Positions 1-9,770 of a DNA stretch of 64,000 nucleotides are shown here, piece by piece. The position numbers were made by a program, and so were the translations under genes. The stretch is from a virus. The notes under the pieces were generated by a model, which saw only the letters and a list, made by a program, of their open reading frames with translations, was not told the DNA's origin and searched no databases. Positions within the stretch are counted from its first letter, which is position 1, and every line of letters begins with the position of its first letter. Where the stretch lies: the IMG/VR virus record IMGVR_UViG_3300044612_000719, positions 33,276 through 97,275 of that record; one strand, 5' to 3'.

Positions 1-47
1 TGCTTCCCACCTTCAGTCTTTTTATTAAACGCCACCATGACAGCGCC

Positions 48-395
48 TTAAGCGATTCGGTTAACGTATCCGCTTATCTGAATTGCGTTAGCGGCGGCGG
101 CACAGAAAGCACGAACAACTGTTCCACCAGTCAAAATAAGACCTGGAACAATCAGGTATAGACCATTTTGTGCCTTAACGGTGAATTCAATGTCATCATC
201 TGTTGCCGTTGTTCCACCCCACTGGATGGTCAGCAAGCGGTCTGTTGCGGTGTCATTAACGGCATACAACCAAATCTCATCCAATGCCGTTGCATGGGCT
301 GTGTGGATAAGCGTTCCAGCGGAGGCTGTCGCCACAACCTTGATCTGCCTACCATTTGTTGAACCACTAAGGGTTGTTTTGCTATATGTTGCCAT
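48..395 (-). CDS. Small (~115 aa) beta-rich virion protein, putative tail-fibre adaptor; similar in size and context to 6544-6882 and 11133-11486
   Basis: ORF track; follows a fibre gene ending in a hydrophobic C-terminal motif, as do the other two. Confidence 0.6.
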   Translation of the reverse strand: MATYSKTTLSGSTNGRQIKVVATASAGTLIHTAHATALDEIWLYAVNDTATDRLLTIQWGGTTATDDDIEFTVKAQNGLYLIVPGLILTGGTVVRAFCAAAANAIQISGYVNRIA

Positions 396-403
396 AATTA
401 CGC

Positions 404-793
404 CTAACTAAATATTCTTTGTGATAATACAATTTGGTCGTCTTCCCAGCCAGTAATCTTTGTTGTTGCAATAGCCGCCGACGCATTAATATCTGCGTTC
501 ACAATCGTACCATCAGCAAGCATAGTGGATGTGATAGTTCCTGTTGGGGCGCTAAAAGTACCTGTAAAAGAAGCATTGTTCGTTGTGGCAAGGCCCGTCA
601 CTATGCCTGTACTGCCGTTTACTGAGATAACACCTGCTTGGTAGGAAAGGCTATTCCAGGCGGTTGAGCCATCACCAATTTTAAGTTTACCTGTGTCGGT
701 TTCACCGCCCAGTTCACCAGCACCAAGAGTGGGGTTAGACGCCGTCCAGTTAGCCGCTGTATCTCTACGAATCAGTATTCGTCTAAATGCCAT
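404..793 (-). CDS. Short tail-fibre protein with Mtd-N/hyaluronidase-type N-terminal domain
   Basis: RRILIRRDTAANWTASNPTLGAGELGGETDTGKLKIGDGSTAWNSLSY; near-identical N-terminus to 2577-3359. Confidence 0.7.
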   Translation of the reverse strand: MAFRRILIRRDTAANWTASNPTLGAGELGGETDTGKLKIGDGSTAWNSLSYQAGVISVNGSTGIVTGLATTNNASFTGTFSAPTGTITSTMLADGTIVNADINASAAIATTKITGWEDDQIVLSQRIFS

Positions 794-865
794 TAGTCAT
801 CTCCAGAAGGGTTTTTATCTACCCAAGTATACAAGTTCTTTATCCTGCAATCGCTGTAATTACTA

Positions 866-1210
866 TCAGCCAGCGGGAATTGCGACCCATGCCAGAGTTT
901 CTTCGTCCCAATAGAACTCCCCCTCTGGTCTAGGGTTTGGTGCTTGCCAGTCATGGTTGTCATCTAAAGACCAAGAAGGAAATGGTTGTGGCGCAACAAA
1001 CACATCAGCGTCAGCATCATAAGTGAAACCAATACCTGCGTACTGTTTACGAATGTTGTTGTTGTATGAAGTGCGTTTACAGGTTTGTCCACGTATGTTT
1101 CCATAATGTGTTTCCCAATCGGAAATACCATTTACAACTTCGGTTTCATTGCGACCAGTTATTACTTCTGTAACAATGTTGTTTTCATCTAAAAATGCGT
1201 AATGTGCCAT
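866..1210 (-). CDS. Tail-fibre-associated small protein (putative chaperone/tip partner), paralog of 9771-10139
   Basis: MAHYAFLDENNIV...RTSYN...YAGIG.TY...P.PSW.LD...WDEE shared with 9771-10139; both lie directly downstream of Gly-rich genes. Confidence 0.65.
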   Translation of the reverse strand: MAHYAFLDENNIVTEVITGRNETEVVNGISDWETHYGNIRGQTCKRTSYNNNIRKQYAGIGFTYDADADVFVAPQPFPSWSLDDNHDWQAPNPRPEGEFYWDEETLAWVAIPAG

Positions 1211-2574
1211 TAGAAAGAAACCGTTCCTGTTCCAGCCGTAAATGTGTAAACTCTGTACCCAGCACGGCTTACTGTGCTAACAGAGTATGTTAATCCTGCA
1301 CCAATAGTGTTAATTTGAGGGAATGTACTTGGATATGCAATAATCACTATTCCAGAACCACCAGCACCTCCAATACGAGCCGCACCGCCAGAGCCTCCAG
1401 AACCACCACCACCTCCACCAGTGTTTGCGGACCCAGGATTACCAGCGTTAGCACCAACTCCATTACCACCACCGCCAGCACCACCTGAGCCGCCTGAAGT
1501 AAAACCACCAGCGCCTCCACCACCTGCACGAGTTACCGCAGAACCTGTTATTGATGAAGAGATTCCTGATCCACCGTTGCCGCCTTGGTTCGTTGAAACA
1601 GCGTTGGCACCGCTTCCACCAGCACCTCCTCCGCCGCCTCCTGAACCATAACCACCATTACCACCACCTGTACCGTTGCCTCCAGCATTACCTTGACCAG
1701 CAGTACCAGCACCACCGACCATGCCTTGATAACCTTCACCGCCTCCGCCAGAGCCTCCAGAACCACCATTTCCAATTTCACTACCACCAAATCCACCACC
1801 AGTAGATGAAACACTGCTCAAAACAGAAGAAGAACCCTGTGATTGGGCTGCGCCACCCGCACCTACGGTAATGGTGAATCCACTAGTTGGTATTGCAAAA
1901 CTAGCAGATGTTAAATACCCACCTGCACCACCACCACCGCTAGCATGTCCATTGCCAGCACCACCGCCACCAGCAACCACAAGATATTCAACATTGAATA
2001 CTGTAGTGAATCCAACTCCTGCGGATTGCGAACCAACACCGTAAGCGTTTTTGGGTCGCACGTACACCGTATAACTTGTTCCAGAAGTCAATCCAGTTAG
2101 GTTTTTTGGACTAGACGAAACACCTGCATCAACCCAACTTGTTAAGTAGTAGTCATACCCCGTTATTGCACTACCACCAGCGGTAGTTGAGAAGTTAACG
2201 GTTGCTGTTGTTGCTGTAATACTGCTTACTGACGAAATAGTTGTAGTTCCAGTAGGTGGTCCAAATGTTGTAAATGAAACAGCAGTTGAAGCAGGGCCAG
2301 ACCCAACAATGTTTACAGCCCTCAAGTAGACGCTGTACGCAGTGTTTTGTGCCAAACCGCTAACCGTTACGGGAGAAGTAGCGTCCGCTGGGGATAGGGC
2401 AGTCCATGAAGAGTTGTTAAATGAATACTCATAGTTGGTAATTGCAGCGCCACCGTCGTTTGTTGGTGCAGTAAACGAAATCGCTACGGATGTATCCGTA
2501 GGAATAGCACTTAATGAGGTTGGAGCATTGACTGGTTCTGAAGCGTATGAGTTGGCTACGCCAAGTATTTGCAT
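1210..2574 (-). CDS. Virion protein with two fibronectin type III domains and a C-terminal glycine-rich domain
   Basis: APTNDGGAAITNYEY...GL.QNTAYSVYLRAVN repeats; EYLVVAGGGG...GGSGIVIIAYP...YTFTAG. Start moved to ATG 2574, just after the upstream stop. Confidence 0.75.
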   Translation of the reverse strand: MQILGVANSYASEPVNAPTSLSAIPTDTSVAISFTAPTNDGGAAITNYEYSFNNSSWTALSPADATSPVTVSGLAQNTAYSVYLRAVNIVGSGPASTAVSFTTFGPPTGTTTISSVSSITATTATVNFSTTAGGSAITGYDYYLTSWVDAGVSSSPKNLTGLTSGTSYTVYVRPKNAYGVGSQSAGVGFTTVFNVEYLVVAGGGGAGNGHASGGGGAGGYLTSASFAIPTSGFTITVGAGGAAQSQGSSSVLSSVSSTGGGFGGSEIGNGGSGGSGGGGEGYQGMVGGAGTAGQGNAGGNGTGGGNGGYGSGGGGGGAGGSGANAVSTNQGGNGGSGISSSITGSAVTRAGGGGAGGFTSGGSGGAGGGGNGVGANAGNPGSANTGGGGGGSGGSGGAARIGGAGGSGIVIIAYPSTFPQINTIGAGLTYSVSTVSRAGYRVYTFTAGTGTVSF

Positions 2575-2576
2575 AA

Positions 2577-3359
2577 CTATGCCGCCGTATTGCCGACTAA
2601 AACCCACTCATCAGTACCAATTTTTATCAACGTAGCCGCTGAGTATTGTCCGTTAAGTTTTAACTTAGAACCCTGAGAACGAATGGTTACACCTGCACCT
2701 CCAACAGTTACCTGACCAGCGCCAAGTTGCAGAATGTTCACTTGGTCGCCAATAGTAAAACCAACAACTGCATTAGTGGGTATAGTCAACGTGATTGCCG
2801 AAGCGTTGCTCAATGTAACCAAGTCATGTGCGTCAGTAAGCGCAAGCGTGTACGTAGTTCCAGTTTGAGCATTTAAAGTTAAGCCAGTTAGTTCGGCAGA
2901 ACCAACAGCCCTATCAGCGATCTTTGCTTGAGTGACAGCGTCTGATGCGAGCATTGCATTCGTTACTGTGGAGTTAGGCAATACAACAGTGCCCGTAAAC
3001 GTGGGTGAAGCAAGTGGTGCTTTAGCATCAATCTGTGTTTGGATAGCAGAAGTAACACCATCCACATAACCAATCTCCGTGGATGTGACTGTTCCGATGG
3101 ATGTAGTTGATGGTAAAACTACGGTTCCTGTAAATGTAGGACCAGCGGTTGTGGCAAGACCCGTTACTACACCTGTATTACCGTTCACCGAAGTAACGCC
3201 GCCTTGATAGGCGAGACTGTTCCATGCGGTTGAACCGTTACCAAGTTTAAGTTTGCCTGTGTCGGTTTCCCCACCTAATTCACCAGACGCAAGAGTTGGG
3301 TTAGCCGCAGTCCAAGCCGCTGCCGTGTCCCTACGAATCAATATTCGTCTAACTGTCAT
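2577..3359 (-). CDS. Tail-fibre protein (Mtd-N-like N-terminus, SPTFTG repeats, C-terminal beta domain)
   Basis: RRDTAAAWTAANPTLASGE; APLASPTFTGT; TYTLALTDA...QYSAATLIKIGTDEWVLVG. Confidence 0.75.
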   Translation of the reverse strand: MTVRRILIRRDTAAAWTAANPTLASGELGGETDTGKLKLGNGSTAWNSLAYQGGVTSVNGNTGVVTGLATTAGPTFTGTVVLPSTTSIGTVTSTEIGYVDGVTSAIQTQIDAKAPLASPTFTGTVVLPNSTVTNAMLASDAVTQAKIADRAVGSAELTGLTLNAQTGTTYTLALTDAHDLVTLSNASAITLTIPTNAVVGFTIGDQVNILQLGAGQVTVGGAGVTIRSQGSKLKLNGQYSAATLIKIGTDEWVLVGNTAA

Positions 3360-3538
3360 TACGCACCACCACCATCGTCTACAAAGGAAAAATTAAGACT
3401 TGAATCGGAAAATCCTCCATCAGACACAGTCTCTGCAAGAACTTTCCATACCCCATCATAATATAGCCAAACCCTTCCACCTGATACGTATTCATCTCCA
3501 GAAGATGGGGAGTTAGGGAAATCAAGTGGTGTAGCCAT
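3359..3538 (-). CDS. 59-aa stand-alone fibre N-terminal module (MATPLDFPNSPSSGDEYVSGGRVWLYYDGVW...), not in ORF track
   Basis: Translated by hand; same FPxSP..D.Y..G...W...G.W module as the N-termini of 6884-7258, 7258-8466 and 8466-9767; stop overlaps next start (TAATG). Confidence 0.7.
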   Translation of the reverse strand: MATPLDFPNSPSSGDEYVSGGRVWLYYDGVWKVLAETVSDGGFSDSSLNFSFVDDGGGA

Positions 3539-3585
3539 TATGATTCCATTGTATCTTGGTTATAGATGGTAGTCATTAACTACCT

Positions 3586-4347
3586 TTAGAAATACGCCGT
3601 TATATAAATTGCGCCAGAACCACCAGCACCACCTGCTTGACCACTTGTTCCAGCAGCACCGCCTGCACCACCAGCACCGACTGAATACGAGTAACTAGCG
3701 GATGGTGCTGAAATTATTGCTTCTACATATCCAGCCGCACTACCAGTTCCACCCATGCAAACTCTTGTTGCCCCTGCGCCAGCATTTGTTCCACCAGCAC
3801 CAAATGCTCCTAGAGGAGTTCCTGGTCCAAACGAACCACCAGTGTAAACTTGCCGAGCAGTGTTGTATTGTGCAACGTTGATTCCGCCCGCACCGCCGAA
3901 AACAAAACCAGTTGCAGGCGAGTTAACTGTTCCACTCCCAGGATTACCACAACCCTGCCCAGATGCCAAACCGATTCCACCACCAGTTGCGGTTAACAAT
4001 GATGTGCCAAAGGTTGAAGTACCACCAATGCTTCCAGCGCCTGCGTTTCCTGCACCGTCACCACCGCCAGAACCAGCACCGCCACCACCGCCACCTACCA
4101 TTTGAATCTTCAAATACCTAGCGTTAGATGGGGTTGTATATGTTCCGCTTCCACTTGTGTAAACAGTTAATTGTGGGGTTGGCTCAGGAAAAACAACAGC
4201 CCAAATAGAACTGTTCCAAGCCATGATTCTGTTTGTGTCAGTTTCATAAATAACTTGACCAACAAACGGTGAAGCAGGACGAGTAGACGACGTACACACA
4301 CCAGGCTTAACAATGGACTGTGCGCCAACAACACTACTCAGAGGCAT
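3586..4347 (-). CDS. Glycine-rich virion/tail protein with CTSSTRP N-terminal module
   Basis: KPGVCTSSTRPASPFVGQVIYETDT followed by Gly-rich domain; start moved to MPLSS. Confidence 0.7.
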   Translation of the reverse strand: MPLSSVVGAQSIVKPGVCTSSTRPASPFVGQVIYETDTNRIMAWNSSIWAVVFPEPTPQLTVYTSGSGTYTTPSNARYLKIQMVGGGGGGAGSGGGDGAGNAGAGSIGGTSTFGTSLLTATGGGIGLASGQGCGNPGSGTVNSPATGFVFGGAGGINVAQYNTARQVYTGGSFGPGTPLGAFGAGGTNAGAGATRVCMGGTGSAAGYVEAIISAPSASYSYSVGAGGAGGAAGTSGQAGGAGGSGAIYITAYF

Positions 4348-4519
4348 TAGGACTCCATTCTTCGGCGGTGTTACCTTCAGCAACCCACGCTAGATACTGC
4401 TGGTAGTCAGAGTTAGCAGGGTCGGTAGGGACATGGCTCATAACACCGCCACAAACCATGACTATTGCGTCAGGGTATCCAGCATTAGTGCGCTTAAACC
4501 ATTCAACAATGTTTGTCAT
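4334..4519 (-). CDS. Small tail-associated protein (P.DPANSDYQ.YL.W..EGN family)
   Basis: VPTDPANSDYQQYLAWVAEGNT motif, typical downstream of phage fibre genes; start moved to MTNIV, overlapping upstream stop. Confidence 0.6.
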   Translation of the reverse strand: MTNIVEWFKRTNAGYPDAIVMVCGGVMSHVPTDPANSDYQQYLAWVAEGNTAEEWSPNASE

Positions 4520-5604
4520 AACTCTATGCTCGCCGTGTATCTGCTCAAAATCATCATTCCATTTACGCCAGTAGTCCCACCAATACCACCAGCGACATAT
4601 TGCCAACCGTCTGTGTTGACATCAATAGATACTGGAGGGGTGATGTTATTTTGTCCAGTTCCGCCAGCATTTGCAATACTTATTTTGCCAGAATTTCCTG
4701 CCGAGTCAAAAACTGTAATTGTTGGTGCGGCTCGCATACTTACTGGGAACTTTGCAAAACTACAGTGAAAGTTTCCGCTGTTGAAAATGTTGTAATAAAG
4801 GGTAGTTGTGTTTTGTTCATAGTAGTACCGTTCGCATTTAGCAAGCGTTGTGCCGTAGTCTTCAAACTCAAATGGTGTAGCAACAGCACCAGCCTCAAGT
4901 TGAATACCAGTAATGTCAAAGGTTCCAGTAGCGTTTGCGGGAAAAGTAACAATAAAAGAAACTGAACTATTAGACGTAATTGTTTTACCCGATACAGAAG
5001 GCATAGTAAAACTCACGGAAAAGCGTTGCCAAGTTGAAGTAAAACTAAAGTTAGTTGAGTTTACCGCAACTGCACTAGAGCCACCTGTCCCAAACTCTTG
5101 ATATGTTTGCCAGTTAACAGTCCTTGATGCGTCTGCTTTCCCGTAAAAACTTAACGTAACCGTTTGACCATTAAGTTTTCGTACATCTTCAATTCTGGAA
5201 AACATACCGTTCGTTGTTGAACCAGAACCAGCAACAGTAAAAGCAACACGCATATAGTTTGAAACATTCAAACCAGTAGGTTGGTCACCAGTAAAAGTCT
5301 GTTGGCTGATTGTTCGTGTTGCACCAGTGCCGTCGTAGTACATGAACCATCTGTCTGCGATAAAGGCTGCGTTAGCAGGGTTGCTGAACGAAGTCCCTCG
5401 TTGCCAAATCTTAAAGTCCCCGTTTACAACCATGTTCCTGCCACCAGCGATAGGAGCCAACACAGTCCACTGTGTACCATCCCACACCGCAGTCTGGTCA
5501 ACATCAGTCATATAAATAACCTGACCATCAAACGGGGCAGACGGGCGGTTGCCTGAAGTACAGACTCCAGGCTTCAAGCCTTGTGTCGTAGCAGAAATCG
5601 TCAT
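4516..5604 (-). CDS. Tail fibre/receptor-binding protein with carbohydrate-binding-like domain
   Basis: CTSGNRPSAPFDGQ module; RNMVVNGDFKIWQRGTS...ADRW...GIQLEAGAVATPFE...LAKCERYY. Confidence 0.75.
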   Translation of the reverse strand: MTISATTQGLKPGVCTSGNRPSAPFDGQVIYMTDVDQTAVWDGTQWTVLAPIAGGRNMVVNGDFKIWQRGTSFSNPANAAFIADRWFMYYDGTGATRTISQQTFTGDQPTGLNVSNYMRVAFTVAGSGSTTNGMFSRIEDVRKLNGQTVTLSFYGKADASRTVNWQTYQEFGTGGSSAVAVNSTNFSFTSTWQRFSVSFTMPSVSGKTITSNSSVSFIVTFPANATGTFDITGIQLEAGAVATPFEFEDYGTTLAKCERYYYEQNTTTLYYNIFNSGNFHCSFAKFPVSMRAAPTITVFDSAGNSGKISIANAGGTGQNNITPPVSIDVNTDGWQYVAGGIGGTTGVNGMMILSRYTASIEL

Positions 5605-5855
5605 TGCTCTAAAAGACTCTCTTGTCTTTCTGCGGCAGATTGGATGTTGGCAGCAAGTACTACAGCGTCACGGTCAGCAGGAATTTCTGTAATAGTAGGG
5701 TCAGCCAACATACGTTGTACCTCTATTTGGAAGATTTCCTCTATCGCTACACGGCAACGCTCTTTTACTGCGTTGTTAATCCAATCCTGTTGGTCAACAG
5801 CAACATATCCAAGCGCTTTATTTTCTGCTTCCGTAAGTGTGATTGTATATTCCAT
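5601..5855 (-). CDS. Small hypothetical tail-associated protein
   Basis: ORF track; coupled to downstream fibre gene. Confidence 0.55.
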   Translation of the reverse strand: MEYTITLTEAENKALGYVAVDQQDWINNAVKERCRVAIEEIFQIEVQRMLADPTITEIPADRDAVVLAANIQSAAERQESLLEQ

Positions 5856-5911
5856 AAGTTTCCTTTATCCGAGTAAAAAAGTAATTACAGGGGTATGCCT
5901 AGTGTAAATCG

Positions 5912-6544
5912 TCATGAAATTAGCGCTCCTCTAAAAAATGTATGCTCATATTGCTGGAAAATTGTTCTTGCTTGACCATCAGACCAAGAAGCAACACCAA
6001 GTGTGTCACCAACATTTAAATAGATATTACTGGCACCAGCAAGAATGTTCCAGGTGTTCCCACCATCAAAAGCAAAAGTACGTTCTCTGCCTCCGTTGTA
6101 TCTAAACCACACCTGAGAAACAAATGCGTTTTGATAAATGCTTGCAGAAAATACGTAGTTTCCAGCCACGGGAGCAGTAAACAAACCAGTGGAAGTATTG
6201 AAATGAGAACCCACGTTGTATGAAGTTGCATTAAATACAACCGTGTTTCCGCCCGTATAACTTAAGTTTCCATTTCTAGTAGCAAGAAATGATGGTTGTG
6301 CGGTAGCAGTCAATACACCAGAAGCAACAGTAGTTGGAAGCGTTACCGTTCCAGTAAAAGTTGGCGATGCTGTGTTTGCCTTGCTTGGTGGGTACTCAAC
6401 CCAAGCAGAACCAGTCCACACCTTTGCCAAAGTGGTATCGGTTTCGTAGATAATCTGACCGACATAAGGTGAACCAGGGCGTGTAGTACTAGTGCATACT
6501 CCTGGCTTTACTGAGCCAATACCGTAGCCTTCAGAAAAAGCCAT
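5912..6544 (-). CDS. C1q-domain virion protein
   Basis: PSFLA...VVFNATSYNVGSHFNTSTGLFTAPVAGNYVFSA...YLNVGD...TFFRGALI (C1q/TNF-like signature); CTSTTRP N-module. Confidence 0.8.
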   Translation of the reverse strand: MAFSEGYGIGSVKPGVCTSTTRPGSPYVGQIIYETDTTLAKVWTGSAWVEYPPSKANTASPTFTGTVTLPTTVASGVLTATAQPSFLATRNGNLSYTGGNTVVFNATSYNVGSHFNTSTGLFTAPVAGNYVFSASIYQNAFVSQVWFRYNGGRERTFAFDGGNTWNILAGASNIYLNVGDTLGVASWSDGQARTIFQQYEHTFFRGALIS

Positions 6545-6882
6545 TAGGCAGTCTGCTTCTCCCAGCCAACGGCTGTAACTGTTACTTTGGCGGCTGTATC
6601 TGATAAACCTTGTAATGTCTCACCAGCCGCTAGAACAATGGCTGTATCCCAGACCATAAGATCGTTTGCGCCAATAGGAAGCGCCGACATGATGCGGTTG
6701 GCGGCTGTAGCCGCTGAACCAATAGCCAATGTCACCGTACGGTCAACGGTATCCGTATTTGCAATGATTATTTGCTTAATGATGTCGGCATAGCCAGTTG
6801 CGGCTGTCACAATTGTGGTCGTAGATGTGCCTAACTGGACTGGACCACCAAGCCGTGCTTCGTTTCTGTCTCCAATTGCCAC
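6544..6882 (-). CDS. Small beta-rich putative fibre adaptor (paralog of 11133-11486)
   Basis: IIKQIIIANTD...VTL...IVLAAGETLQG pattern. Confidence 0.6.
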   Translation of the reverse strand: MAIGDRNEARLGGPVQLGTSTTTIVTAATGYADIIKQIIIANTDTVDRTVTLAIGSAATAANRIMSALPIGANDLMVWDTAIVLAAGETLQGLSDTAAKVTVTAVGWEKQTA

Positions 6883-6883
6883 G

Positions 6884-7258
6884 TCACGCTCCTATAGTCA
6901 TAGTCATAATTGCACCTTCTGTAGTCGTTGAAAGACCACCAGAAGGAGGGATGATCGCCCATTTTACACCCGAAGTGGTAGACGAGTCAGCGGTCAACAC
7001 ATAGGAGTTAGATGCTCCAGCCGCTAGTTTTTCCGCCGTAATAGCATTTGTAGCAATTTTTGCTGTGGTAACAGAGTCACTAGCAAGTTTGGCATCAGTA
7101 ACGGCAAGTGCGGCTATTTTTGCAGTAGTGACTGCATCAGTGGCAATTGCGGATTCGCCCAAGACGATAACCCATGCTGTGCCGTTATACATCCACGTTG
7201 TTGTTCCAACGGTGTATTGGTCGTTGTTTGACGGGGAGTTAGGGAAATCTATAGCCAT
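6884..7258 (-). CDS. Short fibre segment (FPNSP module, VTTAKIA repeats, hydrophobic C-terminus)
   Basis: MAIDFPNSP; DAVTTAKIA repeats; VLTADSSTTSGVKW. Confidence 0.65.
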   Translation of the reverse strand: MAIDFPNSPSNNDQYTVGTTTWMYNGTAWVIVLGESAIATDAVTTAKIAALAVTDAKLASDSVTTAKIATNAITAEKLAAGASNSYVLTADSSTTSGVKWAIIPPSGGLSTTTEGAIMTMTIGA

Positions 7259-8466
7259 TATGCCTCCAACGCTTCAATACGGGCAGTTAATTGTTCAATC
7301 ACTGCTTGTTGTTCTTGAACAGTTTTAACTAGCAACCAGGTAATTTCCGTTGCATTAACAGACTTGATGTCTGTAGTTTCTTCATCTTCTGGATTAAGTT
7401 TACCTTCATAGGTGTGAACCGTATCTGGAAGCACCAACTCAATTTCGTTAGCAACAACACCAAGACCTTTGGAACCAGCCTGTAAACCGCCTTTGCCGTT
7501 GTGTTCCCACTCACGAACACGGACCTGCATAAGTTCTGCTGTGCCTTTGTCGTAGTCACGTACATTGTCTTTGAGGCGAATGTCTGATAGTGCTGACCAT
7601 GAACCACCACCAGGTTTACTTGCTGAACCACCAGTATCAAACAAAAAACCGTTTTCTCCACCAGCGGAGTTTGTGCAAGTAAAAGATATGTTCCCACCTT
7701 CGTCAAAACGAATCATCTGTGCTGAAAGACCCGTGTTGGGGCGTGGAAAACTACCTGCTGAATTTATTCTGTTTCTTGATATTCCACACCCAGTCCAAGT
7801 TGCACCTGGTTCACTAACCCACATATGGAAACTTACTTCTCCAGTTGAGTTACCGTTATGCACTGCAGGCAATCTGAGTCTATGTACAATTCCGTGAACA
7901 AAATCTTCTGTTACGTTACCAGAAAATGTTGGTGACTCCAAATTCGCTTTTAAGTTAAGGGCAGTTTGCTGTGCAGTGGAAACTGGTTTTGCTGTATCTG
8001 CCGTGTTGTCCACAGAACCCAAGCCAACCATTGACTTGGTTATTCCAGAAACAGTTCCTGTAAAAGTAGGGTTTGCTACTGGCGCTTTGGCGTTTAACTG
8101 TGTTTGCACCATTGAAGAAACACCAGCAAGATAACTAATTTCTGTTCCAGTCACAGCACCAACGGAAGTTGTAGATGGCAATACTACGTTTCCAGTAAAA
8201 GTTGGCGATGCTGTGTTTGCTGGGGTATACCCAATGTTGGCTACAGCGGCACCAGAAGCAAGTTTGGCGGCTGTCACAGCACCAGAAGCAAGTTTGACTT
8301 CGTGAACTGCGCCAGTAGCAATTTTATCTGTGGTTACTTCACCTGTAGGAATAGTATAAGAGTTAGCCGTAATGAGGTTCCAAGTGGAGCCATTAAAGAT
8401 CCACTTCTTTCCTCCTGATGTGAAGGAGTCGTTTTCGGCTGGTGAGTCGGGAAAGTTAATAGGCAT
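7258..8466 (-). CDS. Tail fibre/spike with C-terminal peptidase S74 intramolecular chaperone
   Basis: WSALSDIRLKDNV...GVVANEIELVLP...LLVKTVQEQQAVIEQLTARIEALEA. Confidence 0.85.
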   Translation of the reverse strand: MPINFPDSPAENDSFTSGGKKWIFNGSTWNLITANSYTIPTGEVTTDKIATGAVHEVKLASGAVTAAKLASGAAVANIGYTPANTASPTFTGNVVLPSTTSVGAVTGTEISYLAGVSSMVQTQLNAKAPVANPTFTGTVSGITKSMVGLGSVDNTADTAKPVSTAQQTALNLKANLESPTFSGNVTEDFVHGIVHRLRLPAVHNGNSTGEVSFHMWVSEPGATWTGCGISRNRINSAGSFPRPNTGLSAQMIRFDEGGNISFTCTNSAGGENGFLFDTGGSASKPGGGSWSALSDIRLKDNVRDYDKGTAELMQVRVREWEHNGKGGLQAGSKGLGVVANEIELVLPDTVHTYEGKLNPEDEETTDIKSVNATEITWLLVKTVQEQQAVIEQLTARIEALEA

Positions 8467-9767
8467 TATGCGATAACCAAACTTCCTGATGCTGTAAATG
8501 TATGGATTGTGTATATTCCTGCTGTGGTTTTTGTTCCACCAGTAATAGTCAGACCTGATGCCGTTGCAGTGTTATAGCGAAGAATAACAACTCCAGAACC
8601 ACCAGCACCTCCTATGCCTGCTACACCGCCAGCGCCAGCGCCACCGCCACCGCCAGTATTTGCTCCGCCTGCACCACCTAATGCTCCATTACCTGAAGCA
8701 CCATTACCGCCGTTTGCAGTTCCACCTGTTCCACCTGTTCCACCTGTGGATGCAGCAGAACCACCACCACCTCCACCACCAGAACCCCCAAAACCACCTG
8801 GAACGGCATTGTAAGTACCTGAACCGCCGCCTCCAGCATAAAAGAAACTTGTTCCAGATACATCATTTCGTAGTCCTACACCGCCATCAATGCGAGTTGC
8901 GTCATACGAGTTGGTTCTAGTTTGTCCTACACCGCCTGCACCACCGCCACCTGCTCCAGATGTGTTTGTTTGACCTGCTCGTGCGCCAACGCTTCCCCCA
9001 GCAAAACCCTGTCCAGATGTTCCTGCACCACCTGCGCCACTGCCAGCGGTGTTATCTCCACCTGCGCCACCACCTGAACCACCAGCAATACCTGTAATGG
9101 TTCCAATGCCTTGCCAAGTTCCACCTCCACCACCACCTAAAGATGTAATAGTGTTAAATACAGAGTTAGCCCCGTTAGTTCCTCTTGCGTCTGATGCCCC
9201 ACCAGCACCACCGCCACCAACAGTTACTGTGTATGTTCCAGCAGAAAGGGATGCAACTGTTTCAATAACACTGCTTCCTCCAGAACCTTCTCCAGACACA
9301 CTAGTTCGTAAGCCACCGCCACCACCGCCACCACCAACGTGTGAACCGCCGCCTCCACCGCCAGCAACGACAAGGTATTCAATAGGGAGCGCAGTAGTGT
9401 GGTTTATACCATTTGACCAAGCAGAACCCAACCAGATTTTCTGTAAGTTAGTGTCAGTTTCAAAAACTGTTTGTCCTGTAAAAGGCGAAGATGGTCTTGT
9501 AGAACTAGTACAAATCGTGACACCACTTAAAGTTGTATGAAGTTTGGCTTGCGTTACAGCGTTAGCGGCAATGTCTGCCTCTACAACGGCTCCAGCCGCA
9601 ATCTTGGCTGTGGTTACTGCATTATTGGCTAATTCAGTTGTGCCAATAGAACCAGCCGCCGCAATAGTACCTGTGATTTCCCAAATCGTTCCTGACCATG
9701 TCCAAGTACGTGCACCTACCGTGTAGGTATCACCAACGCTTGGAGAGGCAGGAAAAGTAAGGGGCAT
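8466..9767 (-). CDS. Glycine-rich virion protein carrying both FPxSP and CTSSTRP modules
   Basis: MPLTFPASPSVGD; ICTSSTRPSSPFTGQ; EYLVVAGGGGGG...GGSGVVILRY. Confidence 0.7.
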   Translation of the reverse strand: MPLTFPASPSVGDTYTVGARTWTWSGTIWEITGTIAAAGSIGTTELANNAVTTAKIAAGAVVEADIAANAVTQAKLHTTLSGVTICTSSTRPSSPFTGQTVFETDTNLQKIWLGSAWSNGINHTTALPIEYLVVAGGGGGGSHVGGGGGGGGLRTSVSGEGSGGSSVIETVASLSAGTYTVTVGGGGAGGASDARGTNGANSVFNTITSLGGGGGGTWQGIGTITGIAGGSGGGAGGDNTAGSGAGGAGTSGQGFAGGSVGARAGQTNTSGAGGGGAGGVGQTRTNSYDATRIDGGVGLRNDVSGTSFFYAGGGGSGTYNAVPGGFGGSGGGGGGGSAASTGGTGGTGGTANGGNGASGNGALGGAGGANTGGGGGAGAGGVAGIGGAGGSGVVILRYNTATASGLTITGGTKTTAGIYTIHTFTASGSLVIA

Positions 9768-9770
9768 TTA

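Noticed and set aside
404-3359. Diversity-generating retroelement suggested by Mtd-N-like domains
   Set aside because: No reverse transcriptase and no TR/VR pair differing only at adenines seen in this window
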